Shown: positions 47,118 through 47,474 of the stretch, one piece after another
How the letters are laid out: the number at the start of each line of letters is the position of its first letter
Position numbering within the stretch: position 1 is the first letter of the stretch
Origin: Phycisphaeraceae bacterium
Lineage (GTDB): Bacteria; Planctomycetota; Phycisphaerae; Phycisphaerales; Phycisphaeraceae
Direction of reading: 5' to 3'
DNA length: 47,474 nucleotides
Assembly: GCA_020831765.1 (NCBI GenBank)
Contig: JAFIFY010000171.1
Coordinates: forward strand, 1 to 47,474
Notes under the pieces: generated by a model
Database searches by the model: none
What the model saw: the letters and a program-made list of their open reading frames with translations, nothing else
Told to the model about the DNA's origin: nothing
Translations under genes and position numbers: made by a program

Positions 47118-47474
47118 TCACGGTCCGGACGGAATCGGCGTGCGCGTGGCATTGGCCTGTCGGGATTGGACCACGTCGTATCGCTGCCAGTGCTCATACA
47201 CGACCCGAGCCGCCAACCAGTCAACACCCATATCGCCCGGCTCATCCCAACCATCCGAGTAATCGCGGACGCTGCCGTCGGCAAAACCGAGGTTGGCGCG
47301 GCCATCGCCGCGCGGCTGAACCGGGCCACCAGGCACATGCCCGTGCCCGCCCTCGATCGCGCTCTGACGCTGATGCTCGGGAGGCTGGTAGGTGCTAAAG
47401 TGCCGGAACATCGGGTCGCCGGTACTCGATATGTAGTTCGGTGCCGGCTGTCGATAGCCGTGAAACCGCATGGC
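47118..47474 (-). CDS. DUF1559 family protein, C-terminal fragment truncated by the window edge; close paralog of the preceding gene
   Basis: The C-terminal 117 aa are near-identical in pattern to residues of 45886..46914 ([46 protein letters not shown]). The ORF runs off the window end. Confidence 0.7.
   Translation of the reverse strand, partial: AMRFHGYRQPAPNYISSTGDPMFRHFSTYQPPEHQRQSAIEGGHGHVPGGPVQPRGDGRANLGFADGSVRDYSDGWDEPGDMGVDWLAARVVYEHWQRYDVVQSRQANATRTPIPSGP

Noticed and set aside
1-47474. tRNA, rRNA, CRISPR, transposase or integrase
   Set aside because: I found no cloverleaf-like conserved GTTCRANYC T-loop candidates in the longer intergenic regions, no direct-repeat/spacer arrays and no recombinase-like ORFs.

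Overview
This is a high-GC (~65%) window with a few AT-rich islands. The gene content looks planctomycete-like: PEP-CTERM/dockerin surface proteins and DUF1559 'prepilin-type' H-X9-DG proteins.

I recognise ordinary housekeeping genes (prfA, rpmE, der, yidC, mnmE, a LeuA/CimA-type synthase, a MATE exporter, ZnuA, glutathione peroxidase, a histidine kinase). There is also an exopolysaccharide/LPS-type cluster of three GT4 glycosyltransferases and a Wzy/O-antigen-ligase-like membrane protein, and several secreted proteins of unknown function.

The standout is a ~12 kb co-directional block on the minus strand (43948 to 32044). In 5'->3' order it encodes a YqiJ/NfeD-like membrane protein, a long flotillin (SPFH), a ~1780-aa protein with a single MoxR/dynein-type (AAA_5) ATPase module, a PspA/Vipp1 (ESCRT-III-superfamily) protein, a classical-clade (Vps4/katanin-like) AAA ATPase and a lipoprotein glutathione peroxidase. 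An orphan sensor histidine kinase sits just upstream. I read this as a candidate composite membrane-remodelling or envelope-stress system that joins a flotillin module to an ESCRT-III/Vps4-like module through a giant ATPase.

Other points of interest: a 15-bp-periodic CCCCCGGAAG repeat family in three intergenic regions; a Gly-rich RRM protein with a structured AT-rich leader; tandem DUF1559 paralogs; and ATGA-coupled gene pairs.

I found no rRNA, tRNA, CRISPR array or obvious transposase. Many long antisense ORFs in the track are GC-skew artefacts, which I rejected.
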